This document shows, piece after piece, positions 1-9,643 of a stretch of 64,000 nt of DNA. Under the pieces are notes generated by a model. The model did not search any database. It saw only the letters and a list, made by a program, of their open reading frames with translations, and was not told the DNA's origin. The DNA lies in NCBI GenBank assembly GCA_963663805.2, contig CAXXMR010000020.1, forward strand, positions 160,001 through 224,000, given 5' to 3'. The DNA is from Sedimentisphaerales bacterium. Its GTDB lineage: Bacteria > Planctomycetota > Phycisphaerae > Sedimentisphaerales > SM23-30. Every line of letters begins with the position of its first letter. Position 1 is the first letter of the stretch. Both the position numbers and the translations under genes were made by a program.

Positions 1-768
1 AACGAGTCTTACTTCGTGTTTTTTGAGACATTCGAGGAGACTGGGGTCGGTTACTTTGTCGGTTATGACGGTGCGAATCTGGTCAGTATTGAGTACCTGA
101 GCGAGGGCTCTTTTGCCTATTTTTGTAGAGTCTACGAGCAGGAAGATGTTGGCGGCTCTTTCAGCGATGAGACGCTTTGTATTGCTGTTGAAGGCGGCGT
201 TTTCAAAGGTTCCTTCTTCGGGTACGAAACCGGTACAGGAGAAGAAGGCTTTTTCAACGTAATATGATTTGGCGGGGCTTTGGGTGTCGAACCCGACGAA
301 AGAGAGCGTTTCACGGTCCAATACTCCGCCCAGGCCTACGATATTGACTTCGGGTGATTCTGACAATTCGAGGCTGACGAGTACGGAGTTGGTCAGTACG
401 GTGATTTTGATGCCGAGCCGGGCGATAGCGCGGGCGAAGCAGGTGTTGGTGCTGGAGCCGTCAAGGAATATAGTTTCGCCGGGGTGGATGAATTCGAGGG
501 CTTTTTCGGCGATTTTTTCCTTCTCGCTGAGGTTCAACTGGAGGCGGCTGGGCAGCGATGCTTCGCGGAAATGGGTCGAGGTCTCGATACGCTGGGCTCC
601 GCCTTTGACCTTGGCGACCAGGCGGGCGCCAGCGAGGTAGTCAATATCGCGACGAATCGTAAATGGTGAAACGTCAAACATTTCTGCCAGTTCCGCCAGC
701 GAAACAATACCGACTTTTTCGATGTGCTGCACGATTTTTTGTTGTCTTTGCCTCATAATGTTGCTCAT
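1..768 (-). CDS. DeoR/GlpR-family transcriptional regulator (3' end runs off the window)
   Basis: Manual translation from ATG at 768: MSNIMRQRQQKIVQHIEKVGIVSLAELAEMFDVSPFTIRRDIDYL...KVKGGA...EKEKIAEKALEFIHPGETIFLDGSST, typical DeoR HTH and sensor motifs. Absent from the ORF track because it has no stop in the window. Confidence 0.9.
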   Translation of the reverse strand, partial: MSNIMRQRQQKIVQHIEKVGIVSLAELAEMFDVSPFTIRRDIDYLAGARLVAKVKGGAQRIETSTHFREASLPSRLQLNLSEKEKIAEKALEFIHPGETIFLDGSSTNTCFARAIARLGIKITVLTNSVLVSLELSESPEVNIVGLGGVLDRETLSFVGFDTQSPAKSYYVEKAFFSCTGFVPEEGTFENAAFNSNTKRLIAERAANIFLLVDSTKIGKRALAQVLNTDQIRTVITDKVTDPSLLECLKKHEVRLV

Positions 769-780
769 AGTATGCTAATT

Positions 781-841
781 TTTTGGAAAAATCTAGAAAA
801 TTTTGCAAAAAGATTGACATTTATTGCATATTCTTTACAAT
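781..841 (+). promoter_or_regulatory. Sigma70-like promoter of the dehydrogenase operon with candidate DeoR operators
   Basis: TTGACA (814-819), 16 bp, TACAAT (836-841); near-palindromes TTTTGGAAAA and TTTTGCAAAA at about 782-810 between the divergent genes. Confidence 0.6.
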
Positions 842-911
842 AGAGAAAAGTTGAGGCCAAGGTCAGCCTTGGATGGAAGTAGGATTGCAAATTACCGGAG
901 ACCGTCACAAA

Positions 912-3176
912 ATGAAGTCCGTCGTACAAAAGCCCGATTTCAGGGCCAAAAAACTCAAATTTGGTGAAGTTGAATGCTATTCTTATAAAGGTGACCTCAA
1001 ACAGGAGCTGAAAAAGGGGATGAGCAAGGATGATGCCTTGTTTATGTATCGTCAGATGTTGGCGATTCGGGCGTTTGAATCGACGATAATCAAGCTGCGC
1101 AGCGGTGAACTGGTTCCGCATGAAGGTTATAAATTTTCGGGCGCGACGCATCTATATATAGGTGAAGAAGCTGTGGCAGTGGGAGCGTTGGCGGCCTTGC
1201 GGGGTGATGATTATATAACGAGTTCGCATCGCGGGCATGGTCATAGTCTGGCCAAGGAGTCTTATGCTTTGCGGCAGATGGACGAAAAGGGTCTGAAAGA
1301 TTTTATGGGGGCGGTCGGTTTCAAGTCTGACAAGAAGGACTTGTTGGGCCAGGCGTTGGATGTTCATTTCTATCGCAGTATGGCAGAGTTTATGGGCAAG
1401 GAAGACGGCTACTGTCGCGGTCGAGGCGGCGGGATGCATATCGCGGATTTACATGTGGGTCATCTGGGTGCCAACGCGATTGTGGGCGGAAGTCTGCCGA
1501 TTGCTACGGGTGCGGGCATGTCGATGATGATGCAGGATAAGGATAGGGTGACGCTGTGTTTCTTTGGGGACGGGGCGACGAATAATGGAGTGTTCTGTGA
1601 GTCTTTGAATATGGCTTGCATGGGCCAGTTCAAGAAAGGTGTGCCGGTCATTTATCTGATTGAGAATAATCAGTTTGGCATGACAGGTCGGAATCGTGAA
1701 GAAATCGTGGGAGTTGATTATCTGGCCCGGCGGGGTTGGGCGTATAAGAATAACGGTATGTGCGCCGAAGTCGTCAACGGTATGGATTCGCTGGCGGTGC
1801 AGGACGCGGTGAAACGGGCGGCAGATAAGTGCCGTAGCGGTGAAGGGCCGGTGCTGCTGGAAGTGATGACTTATCGATATATGGGACACTCTTTAAGCGA
1901 TGTCAATCTTTATCGTCAGCAGGAAGAAATTGAAGCCTGGCGGTGTGAGGACGCGGTTGAGCGTATGAAGCTGTATCTGGTTTCGGCGAATGTGGCGGGG
2001 CCGGAAGAAGTTGAGGAAATCGAAAAGACTGCTTACGCGGAGATGGAAAAGATTACTGTTGCGGCGGCGAACAGCCCGTTCCCGGACCCGGCGACGATTG
2101 CCGAGGGTTTGTATTCTGACACTACCAGCGATAATATTTCGGCTGATTTGGCGACTAAGGATTATAATAAGGATGCTGTGAAGGATAACCGGGATGGCAA
2201 GGGGCGGATGCCTTATCGGAGAGCGATTTCGGAAGCTCTGACCGAGGAAATGATTCGCGATAAGAGAGTTGTCGTTTATGGCGAAGATGTGGCTGAACAC
2301 GGCGGGGCCTTTGCGGCAACAACGGGTCTGTTTGAGATATTCGGGCGGGAGCGGGTATTTAACGCTCCGATTTCGGAAGCGGCGATTTGCGGCTCGGCGG
2401 TGGGGATGGCGATGACGGGTATGCGGCCTGTGGTCGAGCTGATGTATATCGATTTTATTCTGATGAGTATGGACCAGCTGGGCAACCAGGCGGCCAAGAA
2501 TAAATATATGTTCGGCGGCAAGGCGGTTATTCCGATGGTTTGCCGGACCGCTATCGGAGGTGGTAAAGGATACGCCGGTCAGCATTCTCAGTCGCTGGAA
2601 GCTATCGCGACCCAGATACCGGGTTTGAAGGTTGTCGCTCCTTATACTGCCGCCGACGCCAAGGGGCTTTTGAAGACGGCGATTCGTGATGACAATCCGG
2701 TGATTTTCCTGGAGCATCAGTTGCTTTATGGTGACCGCTCTGAGGTTCCGGCAGGTGATTATCTGGTGCCTTTTGGTAAAGCGGATGTGCGTAGGCAAGG
2801 GGCGGATGTGACGCTGCTGGCTTATTCTTATATGACCAAGGTCGCGGACCAGGCGGCGGATATGCTGGCCGAGAAGGGTATTTCGGCTGAGGTTATCGAT
2901 GTGCGGAGTCTGATACCGCTGGATGTCAATACGATAATCGATTCTGTTAAGAAGACTAATTACGCGGTGGCAATATCGCAGGCGCCGGGGACGGGATGCT
3001 TTGGTGAACATATCGCATTTGAGATACAGAAGCGGGCGTGGGATTATCTGGATGCCCCGATTGAACTGGTGGCCTCGATGGAGCTGCCGCCGCCGATGGC
3101 ACCGACTCTGGAAGAGGTGTTTATGCCGGACGCGAATCGGGTTTGTCAGAGTGTGTTGGCGATGTTGGGTAAGTAA
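912..3176 (+). CDS. Fused E1 alpha/beta subunit of a TPP-dependent 2-oxoacid/acetoin dehydrogenase
   Basis: HLYIGEEAVAVG, SSHRGHGH, GRGGGMH, TPP motif GDGA...N, YRYMGHS, then beta-part GEDVA, APISEAA, QHSQSLE. ATG 912 follows GGAG. Confidence 0.93.
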   Translation: MKSVVQKPDFRAKKLKFGEVECYSYKGDLKQELKKGMSKDDALFMYRQMLAIRAFESTIIKLRSGELVPHEGYKFSGATHLYIGEEAVAVGALAALRGDDYITSSHRGHGHSLAKESYALRQMDEKGLKDFMGAVGFKSDKKDLLGQALDVHFYRSMAEFMGKEDGYCRGRGGGMHIADLHVGHLGANAIVGGSLPIATGAGMSMMMQDKDRVTLCFFGDGATNNGVFCESLNMACMGQFKKGVPVIYLIENNQFGMTGRNREEIVGVDYLARRGWAYKNNGMCAEVVNGMDSLAVQDAVKRAADKCRSGEGPVLLEVMTYRYMGHSLSDVNLYRQQEEIEAWRCEDAVERMKLYLVSANVAGPEEVEEIEKTAYAEMEKITVAAANSPFPDPATIAEGLYSDTTSDNISADLATKDYNKDAVKDNRDGKGRMPYRRAISEALTEEMIRDKRVVVYGEDVAEHGGAFAATTGLFEIFGRERVFNAPISEAAICGSAVGMAMTGMRPVVELMYIDFILMSMDQLGNQAAKNKYMFGGKAVIPMVCRTAIGGGKGYAGQHSQSLEAIATQIPGLKVVAPYTAADAKGLLKTAIRDDNPVIFLEHQLLYGDRSEVPAGDYLVPFGKADVRRQGADVTLLAYSYMTKVADQAADMLAEKGISAEVIDVRSLIPLDVNTIIDSVKKTNYAVAISQAPGTGCFGEHIAFEIQKRAWDYLDAPIELVASMELPPPMAPTLEEVFMPDANRVCQSVLAMLGK

Positions 3177-3203
3177 GGTCTGGATAGTTCAGGAGCTTGA
3201 TTG

Positions 3204-4953
3204 ATGGCAACAGAGATTAAAATACCCATTCCGGACCAGACTACCGAAGAGGTTCGGATTGTTAAATGGCATAAAGCTAAAGGTGATACGGTAAGCGCGG
3301 GCCAGGTGATTCTTGAGGTCGAGACGGACAAGTCGGTAATCGAAGTTGAGGCTGTCGCGGCTGGTGAGATGCTTGCGGTGTTTTATGAAGTTGATGACAT
3401 GGTGCCCGTCGGGCAGGTTGTCGGTGCTATAGGGCAAGTAGGAGAAGCGTATGATACTCCGAATGCCGCCCGGGAAGTAGGAGTCCAGGAGCATGTACCG
3501 CCGACAACTTCGTCCGATGGGAACCTGCCTGAAGGTGTGGTTGAGGTTAAGATACCGATACCAGACCAGACGACCGAAGAAGTTCGGGTGGTGAAATGGC
3601 ATAAGGCGGTGGGGGATAGTGTCAAACCCGGCGAGGTGATTCTTGAGGTTGAGACAGATAAGTCGGTAATCGAAGTTGAGGCTGCCGGTGGCGGTTCGCT
3701 GTTGAGCCATTTGTATCAGGAAGAAGATATGGTGCCGGTTGGTAAGGTTGTAGGACATCTGGGGCCGACGGGAACCACGGTTAATGTCACGGTGGCGGCT
3801 AAACCTGCTGAGAAAGCAGCGGAGGTTAGTTCTGCTCCGGTAGCGGTAGCGGCTTCATCTGCGGAACCGATAGTGCCCAGTGGGGTCAAGGCTTCACCGA
3901 TTGCTCGTAATATGGCGGGGTGTTTGGGGGTTGATTTGACTTTGGTCAAGGGGACCGGGCCAGGCGGTCGTATTACGCGTGATGATGTGGAACGATTCGC
4001 GGCGAATCCAATTCCGGCGGCGGTGAGCGGTGGGGCGGCAGTGTTGCCGGTGGTGGCGAAGATGATTGATGGTCGGATAATGGCTTCGCCTAACGCCAAG
4101 CGGCTGGCGAAAAAGCTGAACGTTGATTTGCAATACGTCAAAGGTACGGGGGGGGCATGGTCGTATTATCGGCGATGATGTCGAGAAGTTCGCGGCTTCG
4201 GGCGTGCAGCATGCTACGGCGGCATCGGTGGCGGGTGGGGCTTATGAACCGGTATCCATGCTGCCGGCGGCGGGTCAGCCTCAGCCGGGCACGGAGATTG
4301 AACTAACGAAGATGCGGCGGGCAATCGGGGTTAATTTACAAAAGAGCTTTAGGGATACGCCGCATTTCAATGTGACGATGGCGATTGATATGAGCCGGGC
4401 CCTGGAGTTCCGCAAAGGAATCAATCTGGGACGCCAAAAGGCTCAGAGTATTTCGGTTAATGACCTCATCTTACGAGCGGTAGCGGTGGCGCTGCGTCAG
4501 TATCCGATGGTGAACAGTCGGCTGACCGAAAATTCGATAAGCGTACTGCCGGATGTTAATGTTGGGGTCGCTACAGCGATTGAGACGGGGCTGGTAGTGC
4601 CGGTTCTGACCAACGCCGATAAGCGGGACTGGGTTGATATGGCCGTGGAGACCAAGAAACTGGCGGCCGAAGCTCGCCGGGGTAAGATTCTCAATGCCGG
4701 TAAGGGGACGTTTACGGTTTCTAATCTGGGGATGTTCGGTGTCGAGGAATTCACAGCGATTATCAATCCGCCCGAAAGTGCGATTCTGGCGGTGGGCGGG
4801 ACGCAGAATGAAGTTGTCGCTATTGAAGGCGGCATGGGTGTTCGGCCTGTCATGCGGGTTACGCTGTGCAGTGACCATCGAGTGATTGATGGTGCTTTGG
4901 CGGCTCAGTTCCTGCAGGCGGTTAAGAAATATCTGGAACTACAGATTGCCTGA
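3204..4953 (+). CDS. Dihydrolipoamide acyltransferase E2 (2 lipoyl + 2 subunit-binding domains), frameshifted at a G8 run
   Basis: Two ETDKS lipoyl motifs, two ASPxA...GTG.GRI domains, catalytic DHRVIDG. ORFs 3201-4178 and 4123-4953 join as KGTGGHGRII if one G of 4148-4155 is removed. Confidence 0.88.
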
Positions 4954-4980
4954 TTGAGACTGTCCATATCAGGCTGATAT

Positions 4981-5016
4981 AATGACGGACACTTTCGGGT
5001 GTTCGTCATTTTTTAT
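4981..5016 (+). terminator. Intrinsic terminator between convergent E2 and FN3 genes
   Basis: Hairpin aatgacggacac-tttcgg-gtgttcgtcatt followed by a T-tract. Confidence 0.8.
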
Positions 5017-5027
5017 GGTTTCGATTT

Positions 5028-5642
5028 TCAGAGGATAACCGGCAGGATATTACTTTCCGGGCTTTCCCCGGCGGCGTTGCAGGCGATAACGAGATATTCC
5101 ATACGCCTCTGTTGGGGCTGATTGATTAGAGTAACCAGATTATCGTAGAAGAAATTGATAAGCTGCCAGTTGCTTACCGTACCGCTGCTGTCGTAGTCGC
5201 GGCGCTTGATAATGAAATTGCGTACCACCCCGCCGCTTTCGGGCCGGTCCCATGCCAGAGTAATTTTGCCCGGCCCCTGCCCCGCACTGCGGAGATTCGT
5301 CGGGGTACCCGGCATATCAACCGGATGCCGTGATCTTTTCTCCGACCAGCCGATCAGAGAAAGTTTGTCCGGGTTAGCGAAGGCATCAACCTCGGCGATC
5401 TTGAAACTGTTCCGCATCAGATCGACCAGCTCGTTCTGCTTGGCGACTTTATGACTGGTAGCCATCTTGGCCTGTCCCCGGGCACTTTCCTGGGCAGCGC
5501 GTGCCGAGCGGAACTCCTCCAGCAACGTCTGCAAGTCCGCCGCCGGGACGCCGGGGAAATCCTCGCCGTGAGTCAGTAAACCGTCTATCAGAACTTCGGC
5601 CAGAGCCACAATATCATTTTCTGATTTAGGAAAAACCGCCAT
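5028..5642 (-). CDS. Cytoplasmic helical plus fibronectin type III domain protein
   Basis: Ala-rich helical N-terminal half, then PGTPTNL...ITLAWDRP...YLVIACNAAGESPESN FN3 pattern; GGAG 7 nt upstream of ATG 5642; no signal peptide. Confidence 0.8.
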   Translation of the reverse strand: MAVFPKSENDIVALAEVLIDGLLTHGEDFPGVPAADLQTLLEEFRSARAAQESARGQAKMATSHKVAKQNELVDLMRNSFKIAEVDAFANPDKLSLIGWSEKRSRHPVDMPGTPTNLRSAGQGPGKITLAWDRPESGGVVRNFIIKRRDYDSSGTVSNWQLINFFYDNLVTLINQPQQRRMEYLVIACNAAGESPESNILPVIL

Positions 5643-6871
5643 GTTCATTCTCCATCGTAACCCCAATTTCTCACTTAGCGGTCAAAACCGTCAAAAATAA
5701 AAATATTTTCTGTGATTTTGAGTTGTAAGCGGCGATTTTAGTTCGATATTGGCTCTGGTACAGACCTGCCCTATTGCCAGGTGTTTTTCAGCCGCGATAA
5801 TATGTGCATGTACCTGAAGAAGCACAAGCGAAAGAAGAACGGCAAGTACAACACCTACTACAGCATAGCTGAGAAGCGTAAAGTCTCGCGCGGTCGTTAT
5901 GTGGAGAAGATGGTTCTGTATCTCGGGGAGATTTCCGATTCGCAAAAGAAGTCCTGGGAAAAGTCTATTGAGATAATCAACGAGGATAACCAGCCTGTCC
6001 GCAAATCATTGTTTGCTTATGACCAGGATAATCATGCCCACCATGATGTCGATACCATTGCCGTGAAATTATCAAAGATGCGGCTGGAAAACCCCCGAAC
6101 ATTTGGTGACTGTTGGCTGGGCTGTGAGATATGGGATACTCTTGGGCTGGATAAATTCTGGTCCGCTCGTATAGACACCGAAAGATCTTCGGTGGAGTAT
6201 TCCAAAGTCGTTAAATTATTGACGGTAAATCGTCTTATCAAACCCGGCGCGGAGTTTTATGTTCATCAGCACTGGTTTACTCAAACCGCAATGGATGTAT
6301 TGCTGGACTGTGATTTTGAGGTTGCCGAAAAGAACCGGCTTTACCGCTGCCTGGACAGGATATTGCCCTACAAAGAGGAGCTTTGCTCTTATCTGAAAGA
6401 TACCTGGCAGATGATGTTCAATCTGGAATACGATATTTTGCTTTACGATATCACCAGTACGTATTTTGAGGGATTATGCAAACAGAATCCTAAAGCCAAA
6501 TTTGGTCATAGCAAAGATCGCAGAAGTGATTGTCGGCAGATTCTGATAGCTTTGGTAGTTACGCCCGATGGCTTTCCGATTAATTATGAAATCTGGGCGG
6601 GTAATACCTCGGAGAAAACCACGCTAAAGCCGTTATTGAACAAGATAGAGTCAAAATACGGCCAAGTCGGCAGGGTTTGGCTGATGGACCGGGGTATCCC
6701 CACAGAAGCGGTACTTGAGCACATGCGTGATAATGACATTGGTTACCTTGTTGGTACTCCTCGTAAATTACTGGATGAATTCTCAAAAGAACTATTGTAT
6801 TGCCTCAGTTGGAAATGGACAAATCCTTTAAAGTTGCTATTCTTTATGTATATTTTTGAAAGGGATTTGTT

Positions 6872-8134
6872 ATGAAACAGGAGCGTAGGCGGTTTGAGGC
6901 GGTGGAGAAGGTAAGGATTATTCGGGAGCATCTTCTGGAGAAGCGGCCTTTGTCGGAGGTTTGCCAGCAGTACGGCATCGCTCCGACCCAGTTTTACCAG
7001 TGGCAGAAGCTGTTTTTTGAAAATGGAGCCACGGCCTTTGAACCCAAAAAGGTCGGCCGGGAGTATGAACTGGAAAACCTGATCAAAAAACTCGACAAAA
7101 AGCTGGTCAAAAAAGATGAGGTCATCGCCGAGCTGGTTGAGCATAACATCGACTTAAAAAAAAAAGCATGGTCCGGGTTGAAAGACGCCTGGGCGGAACC
7201 GGATGTTCGGGATGAAGTCGTTGATTATGTGCGCAAATGGACGGATAAAACGGAAGTGAAGGCCGCGACAATGATAAACTGGATGGGCATTTCTCGCAGC
7301 AAGTTTTATGACTGGCAGAAACGTTATGGCAAGGTCAACGAGCACAACGGCTGGATTCCTCGTGACTTCTGGCTCACCGATGTCGAAACACAGTCGATCA
7401 TCGCCTATCATGCGGATCATCCGCGGGAAGGCTATCGGCGGCTGACTTATATGATGATGGATGAGGATATTGTCGCGGTGAGTCCTGCCAGCGTTTATCG
7501 AGTGTTGTCAAAGGCGGATTTGCTGCAACGCTTCAACGGCAAACCCTCCAAAAAAGGCAGTGGCTTCGCTCAGCCCTTAAAACCGCATGGACACTGGCAT
7601 ATCGACATTTCGTACATTAATATCTGCGGCACCTTTTACTACATGTGTTCCATTCTGGACGGTTTTAGCCGATACCTCGTGCATTGGGATATCAAGGAGT
7701 CGATGACGGAGGCGGAGGTGGAAATTATTCTTCAGCATGCCCGTGAGAAATTCCCCGAGGCTCGACCGCGGATAATCTCGGACAACGGCCCGCAGTTTAT
7801 CTCGAAGGACTTCAAAGAGTTTATTCGGCTCAGCGGTATGACACATGTCAAGACCTCGCCGTATTATCCGCAGAGCAACGGAAAACTCGAACGCTATCAC
7901 AAAACGATCAAGGGTACCTGTATTCGAGTTCATACGCCATTGTCGCGGGATGATGCGTGTCGCCTGGTGGCTGATTTTGTGAGGCATTACAATGACCAGC
8001 GGCTACACAGTGCGATTGGATATATTACGCCCAACGATAAACTTGCCGGCCGGGCCGAAACGATTCTGGCCGCCCGGGAAGCCAAACTCGATGCCGCCCG
8101 TCAGGCCCGCAAAGCCCTGAGAAAGGTGTCGTAG
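6872..8134 (+). CDS. IS3 transposase OrfAB, fused in frame in this copy
   Basis: HTH OrfA plus rve core (WHIDISY, SDNGPQF, SNGKLER); A10 run at 7156-7165 fuses the frames. Confidence 0.9.
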   Translation: MKQERRRFEAVEKVRIIREHLLEKRPLSEVCQQYGIAPTQFYQWQKLFFENGATAFEPKKVGREYELENLIKKLDKKLVKKDEVIAELVEHNIDLKKKAWSGLKDAWAEPDVRDEVVDYVRKWTDKTEVKAATMINWMGISRSKFYDWQKRYGKVNEHNGWIPRDFWLTDVETQSIIAYHADHPREGYRRLTYMMMDEDIVAVSPASVYRVLSKADLLQRFNGKPSKKGSGFAQPLKPHGHWHIDISYINICGTFYYMCSILDGFSRYLVHWDIKESMTEAEVEIILQHAREKFPEARPRIISDNGPQFISKDFKEFIRLSGMTHVKTSPYYPQSNGKLERYHKTIKGTCIRVHTPLSRDDACRLVADFVRHYNDQRLHSAIGYITPNDKLAGRAETILAAREAKLDAARQARKALRKVS

Positions 8135-8145
8135 TGAAAAGACGC

Positions 8146-8406
8146 TTGACAGAGATTGGGAACGCCCGGACAATACCGTTGGTAGGCGAAACGGACGCAG
8201 GCTCTGCAGAGGTGCAACCTGCCAGGGATAGCCAGACCAAGGCGACGAATTGTCGTGGGGGTGGCAGTTATACACCTGCCGCCCCAGGTGTGAGGCGTTC
8301 CACAGACAATTCAGAGCCTTCTTATGCCTTTAAAAACCTCTTGCCGAAGGCAAGTTTAAGAGTTAATCGTGGAAGCCATTTGTCCAATTCACGCTGAACC
8401 AATACA
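8146..8406 (+). ncRNA. Candidate promoter plus structured RNA in the IS3 right end
   Basis: TTGACA-17bp-GACAAT (8146-8174) followed by several hairpins; the same stretch is present in copy 2. Confidence 0.4.
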
Positions 8407-9346
8407 CTCTCGGTGAAAAACTGGCATGATGTAAATGACAGTGTTCGCATAAAGCATATCGAAAAAGATGGTGAATGTTATGTTCTAGCCCGCAGCAAAG
8501 AGCGGATGGCTAAAGAACGGGCTATGCGTAAGCGCAAGCTGCGTGACTATCTGGAAGGTCTGGAGAAGCTGAAGAAATATCGTGATTACGCCCGTTTTAT
8601 GCAAAGGCTGGGCAAACTCAAACATCATGCTGGCAGTTCGTATAAATGCGTTACTCTTACAATTCCAAAACCAAAGGAAAGAATTGAGGAAGGTGAGTTT
8701 GATTATAAATTCGATAGGAACAAATACCGAGAAATGATTTATCGTGACGGCACATACTTTTTGCGTACCAATCAAACCGGAAAGAATGGCATAGAGCTTT
8801 GGCAGGAGTATATGCTGCAATGTAATGTAGAACAAGCGTTCCGGGAGCTCAAAAGCGATCTGGGTGTTCGGCCGGTCTATCACCATAAAGAAGACCGGGT
8901 CGATGCTCACGTGTTTGTAGCGTTTATGAGCTATTGTCTGCAAGTGACCTTGAGACACAGACTGCGGGCCAGTGCCTGCGGGATAACCAGCCAGGCCGTT
9001 TTGGAAACAATGTCACGAATCCAGATGCTCGATGTGTCCTTTGAAACCCAGGACGGCAGGACTCTGCTGATGCAGAGATATACCGAGCCCGATGGCGATC
9101 AGAAATTGCTGCTATACCATTTGAAGATGGAAATGCCGCCGCAAAAGCCACCGAAAATATACAGCGGTCAGCTCAAAAAATAACACCACTGTTGGCGACA
9201 GACCAACAGCCCTGAAGGAGCCAAAAATCCACTTTTTACCCCTTAAGTGAGAAATTGGGGGTAAGTTAATCCCCGGCGCATATTCCCACGCCGCCCAACC
9301 GAAAATATCAACCAAACTAACTACAGGTACGAATACAAATAAAAGG

Positions 9347-9501
9347 TACGAATCGGCCCGGCTAAACAACCCCCGAGCCATAGACATCTTCGGAACAAAA
9401 CCACCGCCAATTTAGTAAAAACCGGGACAATAACAAATAAAATTCCCCCTATCACCATAAGACCCTTTATTAAAGAGATTTACATATAACCCCGACAATA
9501 C
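9347..9501. repeat. 155-bp conserved intergenic element, copy A
   Basis: Ungapped alignment to 12864-13018, about 107/155 identical by manual count. Confidence 0.85.
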
Positions 9502-9643
9502 CCAACCGGTCAAATCTTACCCTGTTTAATCCTTTGGCAAGGGCCGACCGGATATGATATTATACTAATATCCAGAGGGGGTTTCCCCCTTCGGGAACCT
9601 AAAATGATATTTAGCAGTAATTTATGCCGAAAAGGGAAATATC

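Larger units (their letters stand above)
6796..8406 (+). mobile_element. IS3-family element, copy 1
   Basis: TG...CA ends (tgtattgcctcag / ctgaaccaataca); 1611 bp; second copy at 52361-53970. Confidence 0.93.
5781..9183 (+). pseudogene. IS1634 transposase split by IS3
   Basis: ORFs 5781-6875 and 8413-9183 together match the 595-aa transposase at 35732-37519 (YDITSTYFEG, MDRG, VEQAFRELK). Confidence 0.93.
5661..9260 (+). mobile_element. IS1634-family element, copy 1 (interrupted by IS3)
   Basis: 17-bp terminal IR ccccaatttctcactta / taagtgagaaattgggg; 4-bp duplication GTAA; matches intact copy at 35655-37639. Confidence 0.93.

Noticed and set aside
1152..4885. Long antisense and alternative-frame ORFs over E1/E2
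   Set aside because: Shadow ORFs of GC-rich coding sequence.
8134..8397. 87-aa passenger protein in IS3
   Set aside because: No clear RBS or domain, and the promoter lies inside it; RNA structure explains the region better, though coding is not excluded.
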